Positions 36,424 through 48,500 of a DNA stretch of 64,000 nt are shown piece by piece (position 1 is the stretch's first letter; each line of letters starts with the position of its first letter). Source of the stretch: Chrysomallon squamiferum (lineage: Eukaryota; Animalia; Mollusca); NCBI GenBank assembly GCA_012295275.1, contig CM022677.1, positions 13,206,001 to 13,270,000 of the forward strand. Reading direction: 5' to 3'. The notes beneath the pieces are model-generated. The model was not told where the DNA came from and did not search any database. It was given only the letters and a program-made list of their open reading frames with translations. The position numbers were made by a program, and so were the translations under genes.

Positions 36424-36662
36424 ATCCCAACTCAACTCTTGTGTAATTTTTAAAAAACTATGTATAACTTTTCTGGCTTTTTGGTTTTTTGGTCTTAAAA
36501 GCCAATATGTACTTTTAGCTTATGACCATAGGGCTCGGGCTACGCCCGTAGGAGCTAGTCACCTTCGGGTTAAAAGTACATTTGGCTTTCAAGACCAAAA
36601 AACCAAAAAACCAGTCATGTTATACTATGTTTTATTTACAATAACAAGAGTTGGGTTGGGAT
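36424..36662. repeat. Single chimeric hairpin joining units 3 and 4
   Basis: Left arm and apex match the unit 3 left ITR; right arm is a diverged variant (tttacaataacaagagttgggttgggat); CACGTG on both flanks (36397, 36686). Confidence 0.9.
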
Positions 36663-36771
36663 TTATCAGGTCCCAAATTCATACCCACGTGTTATTATAC
36701 GTCATATCCGTTATAAATTATATAATTTATGTATATAATTCATTTATACTATAATTATTTGTTACGATAGC

Positions 36772-37137
36772 ATGTTCACTGCATTAGGAATAATTGCCAC
36801 AGAGATAATCGAATACGCATTCGATGCATCAGTAGAAGTTGCTACATCAGCAATAATAGAATCTACTATTCCTGCAATTACTGAAGTTATAGGAGCTGAT
36901 AGTGTGTTATTAGATCCTGCTATAAATATTGGACAATCTGTAGTAGAATCAGCTGTTGAAGGTATATCTACTTACACAAAAAACCAGATTCAAGAAGCTG
37001 TAAGAGAATTAAGTAACTTTAATAAATCAGAAGGAAAGGAAATAGATAATAACGTCACAACAAACGAACGTGACCAATTAGAAGAGGAGGAAGACGAAAA
37101 CGTTTCATATATATACAGCAATATACCGATTTCATGA
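36772..37137 (+). CDS. Unit 4 ORF1, 121 aa
   Basis: Intact homolog of 25410..25775; ATGA overlap with VP. Confidence 0.85.
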   Translation: MFTALGIIATEIIEYAFDASVEVATSAIIESTIPAITEVIGADSVLLDPAINIGQSVVESAVEGISTYTKNQIQEAVRELSNFNKSEGKEIDNNVTTNERDQLEEEEDENVSYIYSNIPIS

Positions 37138-39254
37138 CAAAAGGAAAAAGACTTTTGACCAAGAAAGAAGTCACACGGCTTTGGGCTATTGCGAAAACTA
37201 AAGCGTTTTCCATATTAGGAGATCTAAATGTCCCAAACGAAAAAAGGCAAGAAAAGTGGCTTCAGATCAGACGTCAGTATCCAAATATACAAATTCCAAA
37301 TAACGATCTCTATCAGGCAATTCAAAATTTTGGGCAAAACTATTACGCTGTTGCGGATTCGGACGAAGACGATCCTTTCGGGACCCCTTTATTCGACTAC
37401 GAATCTGAACAACGAACAGATATTCACGACACATCCGGAAATCAAGATAAATCAGTTATGAAAAGACATTCTGATGAGCCTTCGGGCGGTTCAAATGAAA
37501 AGGTACCAAACAATAATCAGTTATCTAGTACTGTATCTCAAGATGTATTGGATAGATCTAACTCTAAAGGTACTTATCTGCAACCTGAAGAATCTGTTAT
37601 GGACCCAGATTCCATAATGAATGAAGAAGTTACAGACACAGGAGGCAGCGAGGCAGTAGAAGGTGCTCCGATGGCATCTGCAACTGGTAACAATGTATTA
37701 TATCAAGGTTTTGGTGGAACTACCAGAGGAGTTGATCCACGATATATAACAATCAAAAAAACATTTAAAAGAACATTTACCAGTACTATTAATTTTACTA
37801 AAACTAGAAAAGCTGAAATGAAAGTGTTAGATAATAACACAGATGATGTTAATTGGAAAAAAGCTATAGGTGATCCTAATGTTTGTGAACTTACGTTCAA
37901 TCACGGAGGTCATATAATACCGTATTGGTACAAAGCAGCCAGCACTAAACCGGAGGATTGGAATTTACCAGACGATTTTATGGGATACAGAGTAAAAAGG
38001 ATAGGATTTAACATAAATAATATGATCATCCATGTACTTAATAACAATAAATCCGATCCCAACGAAGTTCCAGTTATGGCTCCACCTAATTCACGAGTTT
38101 GGACATTTACAGATGTAAACAATGATTATGGTTTACCAGAATTTTTTTTAAATCTGTCTCATAATCATTATTTTAGAGACGAAGAATGCATGGATAGTGT
38201 TAGTGACAGAAGTATACCTGTACAACCAGATCGTAAATTGTATTTACCTAGCGACATGGCTATGCAGTTATTAAATCATGCTTGGAAAGGAGACGGTATT
38301 TCATTTACAGCTGAATCACCAAATTACATTTACGATATGAAGAAACACGACGGTTATCGAGAAACTGTTATTAGTGCTGGTGGTTTTGCTTTGGACTATA
38401 CATGTAAGGATTCACCTACAGTTTTATTTCCATCAGAAGCATCTCATACCCTCAATTTCACTGATGTTTCTGGTTTATGCCAGAAAACTAAATATCAATG
38501 TTCTAATGAAAACAAAGGTAATTTGGAAGTATGGCCGACACAGGACATTGTAGTAACAAATACAACACAACATCCTATGGGTACAGCAATATGTTGTTAT
38601 TTCAATCATCAATATAGAAGAATTCATTATACAGCTTGTTTTCAAAACAAAGCATCAAATGTACTTGGTGCACCGTCCATGGTGGATGATGGCGGTACTA
38701 AGTTAAGTAATCAAGGTGTTATGCACAATAATGCAAACAATCCGAATATAGACGTATGTAAAGACGGATCACACAGACGTACTTACCAGTGCAACACACC
38801 GCCTATATTCTTGATAGGATTATATCCAGATATAGAGAAAACTAGTGGTGGAAATACACTGTTTTTCAATTATCATGCAAACATACAGATAACGTATTAC
38901 AGCGAGATAGAATTCGTTATTAGAACTGGAATGTGTCCAAAATACATTCCGATAGGATTGGGCGAATGTCCAGGTCCTATGCAAGAACTTACTTACAAGG
39001 CAGATGAATCGACGCCCATGGGTAACAAAGATAACGTGAAATACACGGAACAAGATCAGTTCCTAGGTGACACAGAATCTAAATATAAGGAGAGAATTCA
39101 GAAAACATGGAAAATGAGAACCACTGCTCCCGTTTGGGACAATTGGAACAAACGCAGAGCTAGACGTAGACAGTTATGGCCATTACACGGTGCTTATGGA
39201 GACAGAACGGTTGAAACCATGGGAAATTCTATTGATTGGTCATATCCTTTATAA
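37134..39254 (+). CDS. Unit 4 putative capsid protein (706 aa)
   Basis: Intact; more diverged from units 2 and 3 than they are from each other. Confidence 0.7.
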   Translation: MTKGKRLLTKKEVTRLWAIAKTKAFSILGDLNVPNEKRQEKWLQIRRQYPNIQIPNNDLYQAIQNFGQNYYAVADSDEDDPFGTPLFDYESEQRTDIHDTSGNQDKSVMKRHSDEPSGGSNEKVPNNNQLSSTVSQDVLDRSNSKGTYLQPEESVMDPDSIMNEEVTDTGGSEAVEGAPMASATGNNVLYQGFGGTTRGVDPRYITIKKTFKRTFTSTINFTKTRKAEMKVLDNNTDDVNWKKAIGDPNVCELTFNHGGHIIPYWYKAASTKPEDWNLPDDFMGYRVKRIGFNINNMIIHVLNNNKSDPNEVPVMAPPNSRVWTFTDVNNDYGLPEFFLNLSHNHYFRDEECMDSVSDRSIPVQPDRKLYLPSDMAMQLLNHAWKGDGISFTAESPNYIYDMKKHDGYRETVISAGGFALDYTCKDSPTVLFPSEASHTLNFTDVSGLCQKTKYQCSNENKGNLEVWPTQDIVVTNTTQHPMGTAICCYFNHQYRRIHYTACFQNKASNVLGAPSMVDDGGTKLSNQGVMHNNANNPNIDVCKDGSHRRTYQCNTPPIFLIGLYPDIEKTSGGNTLFFNYHANIQITYYSEIEFVIRTGMCPKYIPIGLGECPGPMQELTYKADESTPMGNKDNVKYTEQDQFLGDTESKYKERIQKTWKMRTTAPVWDNWNKRRARRRQLWPLHGAYGDRTVETMGNSIDWSYPL
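37228..37461 (+). CDS. Unit 4 overprinted 77 aa basic ORF
   Basis: GFRSDVSIQIYKFQITISIRQFKILGKTITLL nearly identical to the unit 3 version. Confidence 0.6.
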   Translation: MSQTKKGKKSGFRSDVSIQIYKFQITISIRQFKILGKTITLLRIRTKTILSGPLYSTTNLNNEQIFTTHPEIKINQL

Positions 39255-39450
39255 ATAGTATTAGTTAATTTATGCGTATGAATACAGTTAATAGTCTTTT
39301 TCAAATATTACGTTCAGTTTGTCACGTACATCATATGACGTCATGATTATTACGTCATATTATAACGTTATAAATAAAGAATGTTTGAAACGTCGTCATT
39401 CGTTAACGTTATCTGTTACACGAAAGATTATAATTGTATTTAGCTGTAAA

Positions 39451-40890
39451 ATGGATAGATTTGTAGATCTACCAGAGGAAAATTATTACAGTGTTTTGGT
39501 GGGCCATATCAACTATGATATGGTTCACCCGAAATACTTAGTTCCCCGCTGCTTGGCAAAAGACAAGGACGGAAAATTCGTATATGCAGCGGGAAAGAAT
39601 TACATCAAATCTTACCAGATGGACATTCAAGACATCATGGACAAACCGGTCGATCACTGGGCCACGCCCAGTTATGAATATTTGGCGAAGGGGCAAGATC
39701 GTGTCATCACTGAACTCAAAGCATTTGTAAGAAACAAAAATTGGAAAACACTTATGGTCTACCACCAAAAAGAATGCGAAGCCATTTCCAATCAACCAAC
39801 CTATGGCACTCATGTGTACATAATATGGAAGACCACTTTAAAAACACCATCTCAGGATAGGCAATACAGGCGTTTACACAGGGCAATCCTTAATGAAAAC
39901 GGATATTTAAAAATCATGACGCTGAAAGATCCACAGAAAATATCAGTCGAAAGTTATATGAAATATCTCATGAATGATATGGAGAAACAGTTCCTTGGGA
40001 CTAATGACGAAAAAATGCTTACCATGTGGAATGAAATTGAAAAGCAGATACATGATGATGATAAAGACATTCTTAACATATTAAATGATTTCTTCGATGC
40101 ATCAGGATCAAAGACGCTCGATAGTTCAATTATGACATCTAAAATAAGAGAGCCAATTCGTAAGGATGACGTCAATAAAAATAAAGATACATCAGTGAAG
40201 CCTACAATTACGGTGAAAAGCGGTATGTCAGTCAATGACATGAAATCAGAAAATAATTTGATTGAAGCAATGGATACATCAGACATCATAACTAAAGATG
40301 CAGATCAATCAGACAAGCCTGTTATTCCATCGCGTCTGATAAACAATAAGTCTGCAGAGACATTGGACTTCTTTTACAAACTTATTACACAATATCCTGA
40401 GATCAACAAACTTAATTTACTCATAAGTAAATTTGATTCGAATAGCAATGAATTCAAGGCATTGTGTAATGCTGTAGCTAATTCTTCTGGCGACAAGTTG
40501 TTCAAGGCGGCTCGTTCTAAATACATAGAAGAACAGTCAGATAAATCTGAATGACAATCTCGAACATTACATGACGCCAGAAGATAGTTTCAAGATTTTC
40601 AATTCATGGTGCAGAGAACAAGACATTGAGGAAAGGTGGTTGTTCAGTCTCATAGTATCACTGTTGAAGGGCAAAGGTAAAAAGAAAGTCGGGATGTATT
40701 TTCAGGGTGATTCAGACAGCGGCAAGACCATGATGACAAGTTCCATGTTTGAGTGCCTATCTACTTCTGGAAAGATTGCCAAGGATAATTTTCCTTGGCA
40801 AATGCCGGGTGGTAAAAAAGTCATACTGGGAGAGGAAATATCCATCACACAGACAAATATAGACAAATACAAAGATTTATTGAGCGGTAA
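39451..40890 (+). pseudogene. NS1: Unit 4 NS1, frameshifted and 3'-truncated
   Basis: HUH altered to THVY; short deletion/frameshift at ~40548; Walker A GDSDSGKT; ends at KDLLSG. Confidence 0.88.
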
Positions 40891-41670
40891 CTGATAATAC
40901 TTTTAAAGCTATTGATCCTAATTACATCTATAACATTAAGAAACATGATGGTTATAGAGAAACCGTTGTAAGTGGAGGTGGCTTTGCTCTCGACTATACT
41001 TGTAAAGATTCTCCGTTGGTATTATTTCCTGGAGAGGCAATTATCAATGTAGCAATGAGAGTTCAAAAACGTTGGAAGTATGGCCCACTCATGAGTTAAC
41101 TGTAACTGATGTTGCACTTCATCCTTATGCAAAATATAGAAATGTAGACTATAAAGCGTGTTTTCAAAATGCTGCAGGTGAACAATTGGGTGTACTGCTA
41201 TGGCAAGTGATCCTTCGAATAAACTTGCTAAAAAAGGAGTAACCGCAAATTACATAAGTGCTCAGAATTATAATACAGAAATGGATGGTTCTCATAGAAG
41301 AACTTATCAGTGTAATAGACCACCCATGTTTCTCATTGGTATATATCAAGACGTAGAAAAAAACTACTAGTGGCAACACCTTATTTTTTAAGTATCATGC
41401 TAATCTGCAGATTACATATTACAGTGAAGTAGAGTTCATAGTAAGAACAGGATTCTGTCCTAAGTATATTCCTATAGGACTAGGTGGTTGTCCAGGTCCC
41501 ATGAGAGGTCTGTATATATTTGGTAAGGCTGTATCCGGAAATAAAGATGTCGTTAAACATACTGAACAAGATCAATTCTTAGGTCAAAATGCACAACAAT
41601 ATGTTGATCGTATACGTAAAACATGGGAAATGAGAATTGCCGCTCCTATATGGGACAATTGGAATCGTTA
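40888..41670 (+). pseudogene. Unit 5 capsid gene 3' fragment
   Basis: Reads PNYIYNIKKHDGYRETVVSGGGFALDYTCKDSP...RRTYQCNRPP...KHTEQDQFLG...WDNWNR, with indels. Confidence 0.88.
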
Positions 41671-41885
41671 ATTACTATTTTAAAAGAAGTATTTGTTATT
41701 ACGTTGTGTAAGAATTTTGTGAAAGTCTGATATGTTATACATAACGTCACATGTCGTTACGTCATATCATTGACGTCATGTAAATAATGCTATAAATAAA
41801 GCTGACGTTCGAAAATATTTTTGTCGTTTGTCATTAATTGACTACTTAAACGTTAAAAAAAGTATATTTATAATCGAATAGAAAT

Positions 41886-44005
41886 ATGGACAAATATCTT
41901 GAAGAAGTTAATAATACTTTCGAGTATTATTCAATTATCTTAGGACACAAAGAATACGACTTGGTGCATCCTAATTATTTGGTTCCAAGATGTCTTGCAA
42001 AAGATAAAAACGGAAAGTACGTGTATGCTATGGGAAAAAATTACATCAAGAGTTTTGTAATGGACCATCAGGACATTTTAGACAAGTGCGTCGATCATTG
42101 GTCAACTCCGCAATCTGAGTTCATGATGAGAGGTCAGAACAGAGTTATAACTGAACTTAAAAATATGTTAAGAAACAAAAACTGGAATATGCTGTTAGTC
42201 TATCACGATACATCTTGACATGGACTCTAATATACCCACAAATGGAAGTCATGTTCATATTATATGGAAGACAACCATGACTCATCCAAGTCAAGATCGT
42301 CAATACAGACGTTTACACCGAGCTGTTCTTGCCGAAAAAGGATACATAAAATTAAGGAAGTTACGTCAGCCATATAAGTACTCTCTATCTGAGTTTATGA
42401 ATTATCTAATAAGAGATGATGAGAAAATGTTCTTAGGAACAAACTGTCCTTAGATGCTCAGTAAATGGAATTTGTTGGTCGATCAAGAAAAAGACTGGCT
42501 AAAAGACGATTACAATGAAACTAGTGTATTTGAAGATACATCTCTGAATGAAGATATAAAGACATTTGAAGTCAAACCTCCCAAGAAGAAGATGACTGTT
42601 CACGAATTCGTAAGCGAACATAATGATGTATTAACACATGGACAAGGAATGACAGTAAAGCAGATAAATGAAGAAGCAAAGAACATTATACATATCGATG
42701 ATGATATTGCAGATAAAAAGCCTGAAAAGATTCCAAGTCATCTTATGTCTACTAAATCAGCAGACACATTTGACTTTTTCTACAACTTGGTTCAAAAATA
42801 TCCAGATGTCAATAAACTGAATATGCTGATAAGTAAATTTGATACATCAAGTAACGAGTTTAAAGCTGTTTGTAATGCTGTTGCCAACATATCTGGAGAA
42901 AAAATATTTAAAGCAGCAAGAACAAAGTATCTAATGGAAGAAGCTGACAAAAGTGCCTACGATCAAATAAAAGCTCTCGACGATAGCATAGAAAATTACA
43001 TGACACCAGAGGATTCCTTGAAAATATTCAACAGTTGATGCCAGGAACAAGAGATACCAGAGTGATGGTTTTATGTACTCATGAATACCCTTCTCAAAGG
43101 CAAAGGCAAAAAGAAAATAGGAATATACTTACAAGGCGAAAGCGATTCAGGAAAGACGATGGTATCATCAAGTTTATTCGAGCCATTGACATGTTCGGGC
43201 AAGACAGCTAAAGACAATTTCCCATGGCAAATGTTGGGTGACAAAAAAATCGTTATTGGAGAAGAAATCGCTATTACACAGGTGAATATAGATAAATATA
43301 AAGATCTTCTCAGCGGAAGTAAAGCAACGTGCGAAAGGAAAGGAACAACACCAGTCTATTGCAAAGCAAGCTTGTGTATACTAAATAGTAACATTTTTTG
43401 GTCAGAACATTACGGCAACGCAAATGAGCATAATGAAAACTAGATTATATTTTATTTGAAGAAAAGTAATGTATTAAAAAGAGCCTACGGATTGTTACAT
43501 CCTAAACTATTCACCTTGTGCCAAGATCCATCAGAAGATGAAATAATGGTTGCCATTGAAAATGATAAACAATTCTTTAAAGATAAACTGAATCCATTAG
43601 AAAACGACAAGACAATTGAAGCTAAATACAGTTACTTCCATGACTCGTTCGATAATGATTCGCAAGAAACACGTGGAGTAAAAAGGCAATACGATAACAT
43701 CGAAGCCTACATACAAAATGAAGAAAACGATGTCAATGAGAAGGAAGACATCGATGAATCTCCAAAGAAAAAACGAAAAATTATGAAAGCAAAACGATCA
43801 AAATGTTATGATAAGTGGTAACACTTCAGATGAACACTCCCGAGATCTGTTCATATCATGTGAAGGCGATAACAAAGCTAGTGATGATACAGTTCCAGAA
43901 GCTTATATGGACAACAATCAATCGTTGGCTATTGATATCGAGGATGTTATTCCTCCATCGCAAATTAATTACAAAGTATTTGACAATTTTCGTTCGTGTA
44001 AATGA
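41886..44005 (+). pseudogene. NS1: Unit 5 NS1, multiple stops and frameshifts; most divergent copy
   Basis: Fragments 41886, 42220 (GSHVHIIW), 42454, 43081 (GESDSGKT), 43456 and 43808. Confidence 0.88.
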
Positions 44006-44597
44006 ACATTAAATCATAAAAATTATATCATTCATGCTGTTCAAACTGTTACTTATCTTCTTACGTTAATAAAAGTTAAATAATTAATTCTACTTAGTTT
44101 GTCATATGTTTATATTAATTTTATATATAAATACAACGAAAAATAACATTATTAATAAAAAAAAAATTAAAAAAAATTGATTCTAAATTCAGTATCACAA
44201 TATTATAAATTCTTCAATAAGAACAGTCCATGATTCACACAAGTAATGTTTTTAAAATGTTATTTTATCCAGTTATTCAGTTCTTTATATTTACTGTGGA
44301 GATGTTTTATCTTCTGTTTACTTAGTTCAGTACAGTCAGAAAACCTGAAGAACTTGGAGGCAAACTTGTCAAGTCATTTAGATTCAGTGTACATCAGTTC
44401 TTGTTAATAGCTTTCTGTGGTGACTGAAATATAAAATATTACATTCAAACATTTTAACAAGACCCACTATAATTTTATATTTTATCATTTGAATCTGAAG
44501 AAATGTTTTCAACCAATAATAAGTACAGTTAATTTAACTGAAATAAAATAAAGTTTAATTATATTTATTTAAACAGTCTTGTTGGACCTCTATTTTT

Positions 44598-44654
<57 letters not shown>

Positions 44655-46639
44655 CTTTCTTAAAGCAGTAACTTCCATTTTACTTTTAATTAAGTACATA
44701 AATTAATATATAATAATAATATTAAAATATTCTCATATGGCATTAAATGATTTATATTTTACAGTTTATAAAGTCTAGTTGTAAACTGAATTACCTTTCC
44801 ATTATACTCAGCATTTGATTACAAAGCATTGAACTCGTATGAGTTTCTGAGTTTGTACAAATTTCTTTTAACACCACCAACTGGAGAAGTGATTGTTCTT
44901 CGCTGAATTGTACTACAAGCCTGGTCAAGTGGTCATCCTTGGCCTGATAGAACTTGTTGTGGTCAGCAAGGGCTTGTTTATCCTGTAAAAGTAGTAAACA
45001 AAACTTATCACTGATAACCCTAATAAATAAAATTGATTTACTTAAAAACTATAACATTTATCATTGGAAAGGATAGCAAATTATTATTTAAAAGTTACCT
45101 GATGTATTAAAAATTACAAATTATTTAGTCATAATAAATACATTTTACATCTTATATCATTATTAAGATATCTTTTGAAAATTATCTGCTTGTCTGTTAT
45201 TTTTTTAAAAATATGAAGTTTATAATTTTTAATGTTCATAACCAGCAAGTTTCTTCAGTTTTGTGTCAAACTTTATAGTTAACAAGACTGTTCACCATAA
45301 ATAAACAAAATAATAGTTTGGATGTCTTTTTTTCTTGGATTTTAATAATAAAGAATTCACTTTGCTTTTATCTTTTTTATTTATTTATTTTTTTATTTCC
45401 AAAACATAGGATGTTGTATATAAGATTTTTGTTAGTAATAACTTTTCTGTTTTACTTATTTTCTTATATAGTATTAGTTTAATTATATATTTGAAACCTA
45501 TAAAAAAACAGCAGTTTCAAACCTTTGGTCTGTAGAGAATATTCTGCCCAGACAACATGGGACAATGTGAGAATTCTGTCACGTGAACTGACATGATCAA
45601 CATCGTGGACAACATGGACTGCAGTGGAAGTTCAGTCATCTGTAAATATAACACAGAAGTACATGAGTTATTAAATGTTAAATTTTTAATTTATCAGTAT
45701 TTAAATTGATAAATGTTTTAATTACAACTAGTTTTAATAAATAAGAATCTGAAATGATCCCAGAGCTCACTCTATCCTTGAAACATTACCGTTTCCCATT
45801 CCACACTGAACTCCATTAATAATGTATCTTGTATTGTGTCTGTGCCGGGTCTTAAACCACCATTAATTTCTACAGATTTTGGAATAATGTTTTAAAGAAA
45901 TAAACAGTTTTATAAATTCTAAATGAAATTTAAGATTCTGTGATATCAGGTTTTAATTTTTGATCTTTTTTTAAAACATTTAAAGTTAAATTCTGTTAAT
46001 TTACATATAATAAAAATAATAATAAATAAATAATTAGTAAAATAATAGGTCTGTTTCAATAGCTATTATATCGAGGAGAAACGTGATTTATGATTTTTTT
46101 TTAGCTGCTTTTCCTAATTATATTCTTATTTTATTTTCTAGTCAAATTGGTTATCAAGTATTTTATTTCACAGTGGTTAATCACTGGAATAAAGTGAGAG
46201 AGAAAACTGTAAACTATGAATTAAACTGACTGCTGTGTTTTCAGTATGATTATCAAACACTTCTCACTAGTCAATGTGTAAGTCAGTGTATGAAGTGTGG
46301 GTAGTCACAGAATCAAATCACATTAGTGCTTCCATCAGACTGTTTCTGGCTACATTATAAAAGAAATTGAAATGTGTTCCTGTTCATGTGTGCACACGTA
46401 ATTAAACATTTCAGATAGAAAATCCTTGAATCTAGAAAATACAACAGATTTAGATAATTAAACCATTCAACAAAATCTGCAAATATTTCTGTTTTTCAGG
46501 TCAAAAGGATATTTTCTAAGTCATTCAAAGACAGTATTTATTAATTATAATTGTATTTATGTTTGTAGAGAGGAAGGAATGTGATATTTCTTCTAGATAA
46601 GATGAACAGCAAACTTGCCAAACTTTTCTGTAAAGTACT

Positions 46640-48500
46640 TTGTTTTCAAGAAATAATCTTTCCCATTGCCAGATTAGTGTGAAGAAACCTGATTCTTCTA
46701 ATCTTCTCTGCATGGTAGCCATGTAATACAGCAATCTCCTTATTAACTTGTCTTTTGCCTTCATCACTGCTAGTTCTTCTAAAACTGGGAGATGATGTTG
46801 TGGCTTCCATAGTTTCATTAAACTGTTCCACTGTCATTGTCTGTGGAACTTCTGTTCTACTAGCAGTATCTCTAAAGCAGCTTCCACTGAAGTAGATGTC
46901 ATTTTGTGAAATTTCTTCCTGGACAGACCATCGACATTCTTATTATGTTGAATGATATTTCACATCAAAATCAAATTGTGCCAGCTGAGACACCCATGTT
47001 TCTTCCACTGCATGTAATTGTGTGGTATTAAGATGACTTAGTGAACTGTTGTCTGTATAGATAGTAAACTGATGTTTGAGAAGATGATTTTCAATCTTTT
47101 CAGTCACAGCCCATTTCAGACCAACACGCTCTAATTTCATGGAACTGTAATTATTCATGTTTCTCTCAGTGGGTCTCAAGTTCTGTCTAGTGTATGTAAT
47201 GTCTTACCTTTGCCCATTCTTCTCCTGTGACAGAACTACTCCCACTCACTGAAAACTTGCAGATGTTTCCACAATGAAAAGTTCACTGAAATCGGTGTAT
47301 CCTGACATTGGAGCTGAAGTTAACTTCTCTTTTAAAGTATTGAAAGCTTTTTGACAACTCTCGTCCCAAGCACCCTTTAACAATGCTTGATTTTTCTTAT
47401 CTCAGAGCCTGTTCACCAAAGAATGCAAAGGTTGAGCAGTAACTGAGAATCCTTTAACATATCAGCTGAAGTATCAGGCAAACTGCAAAAATGACATCAG
47501 GTCCTTTGGAGTCTTTGGAACTTCCCATTCAAGAACAGCCTTTATTTTGTCTGGATCTGTAACTACCCCATCTCTAGACATCACGTCCTAGCTATTACAA
47601 TTCTTTCTTAAGGAAACAGTGTTTTAGTCTGAGCCCATGCTGTTTTAAAATATTTAAAACTTCTTCTAGTTTATCTATGCACACATAAAAAAACAGAACA
47701 CTGAAATGTCTGCTCTCTAAAGTCTTTGAAATGTGGCTGGTGCTCCTGATAAACCAAACAGCATATGATTGTATTCAAACAAATCCATTGGAGTGATGAA
47801 TGCAGTTTTGTCTTTGTTTTTATTCTCAACTGCAACTTGGTTGTATTCACTACACATATCAGTATAGTGCACCAATTTGCTCTGTGCAAAGCATCTAATG
47901 ACTCTTCTATTGTAGGTAGTGGAAAACTGTCTTTCCTAGTTTTAGCATTCAGCCACCTGTAGTCCACACACAGATGAATTGTGTTGTCTGTTTTTCTCAT
48001 TATAACAGTAGGAGATGAATATGGGCTGTGGCTGGGTCAAATTACATCTTGTTTTATAAGTTTCTTGATCAGCTCCTTGGCTTTCTGATACTGACTGTGT
48101 GTAACTCTTCTGTACGGTTGTGACACTGGTATGTTATCAGTTGTGCATATGTGATATTTTACAGTGTCAGTACACTCAAATCAATGTCATCTTTAGCAAA
48201 TACATCAATTAAGTATTCTCTTTAACATCAGAGTATTTGTTAAGTATTCTTTCTAACTTTTTCTTCTGCTCATCAGTATAATCACAGGTTTGAGATATCA
48301 ACTTGAAATCTGTCAAATTCTGTGTACTAATTGTAATCTGCTCCATGCAAACCTCTTCTCCTTTTCCTGTCTTTCTAAATTTTACCTAAATGTCATTTAA
48401 TGACTGAGGCTCTTCTACTTCTACCACTGAAGAAAAAACGCCCACCCTACTTCTTGGTTTCAACCAAATAGCTGTAGAACCTAAGTTTACAGCACAAACC
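46640..48500 (-). mobile_element. Decayed Ty3/Gypsy LTR retrotransposon pol (RT-RNase H)
   Basis: LCVDYRWLNAKTRKDSFPLPTIEESLDAL (RT) and RPTERNMNNYSSMKLE..LKWAVTEK...FTIYTDN (RNase H); many stops and frameshifts; LTRs not seen. Confidence 0.9.

Larger units (their letters stand above)
19835..44200 (+). mobile_element. Tandem array of five endogenous parvovirus-like genomes (EVE array)
   Basis: Repeated cassette small ORF - 707 aa ORF - NS1-like ORF separated by long hairpins; intron-free and higher complexity than the flanks. Confidence 0.92.
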
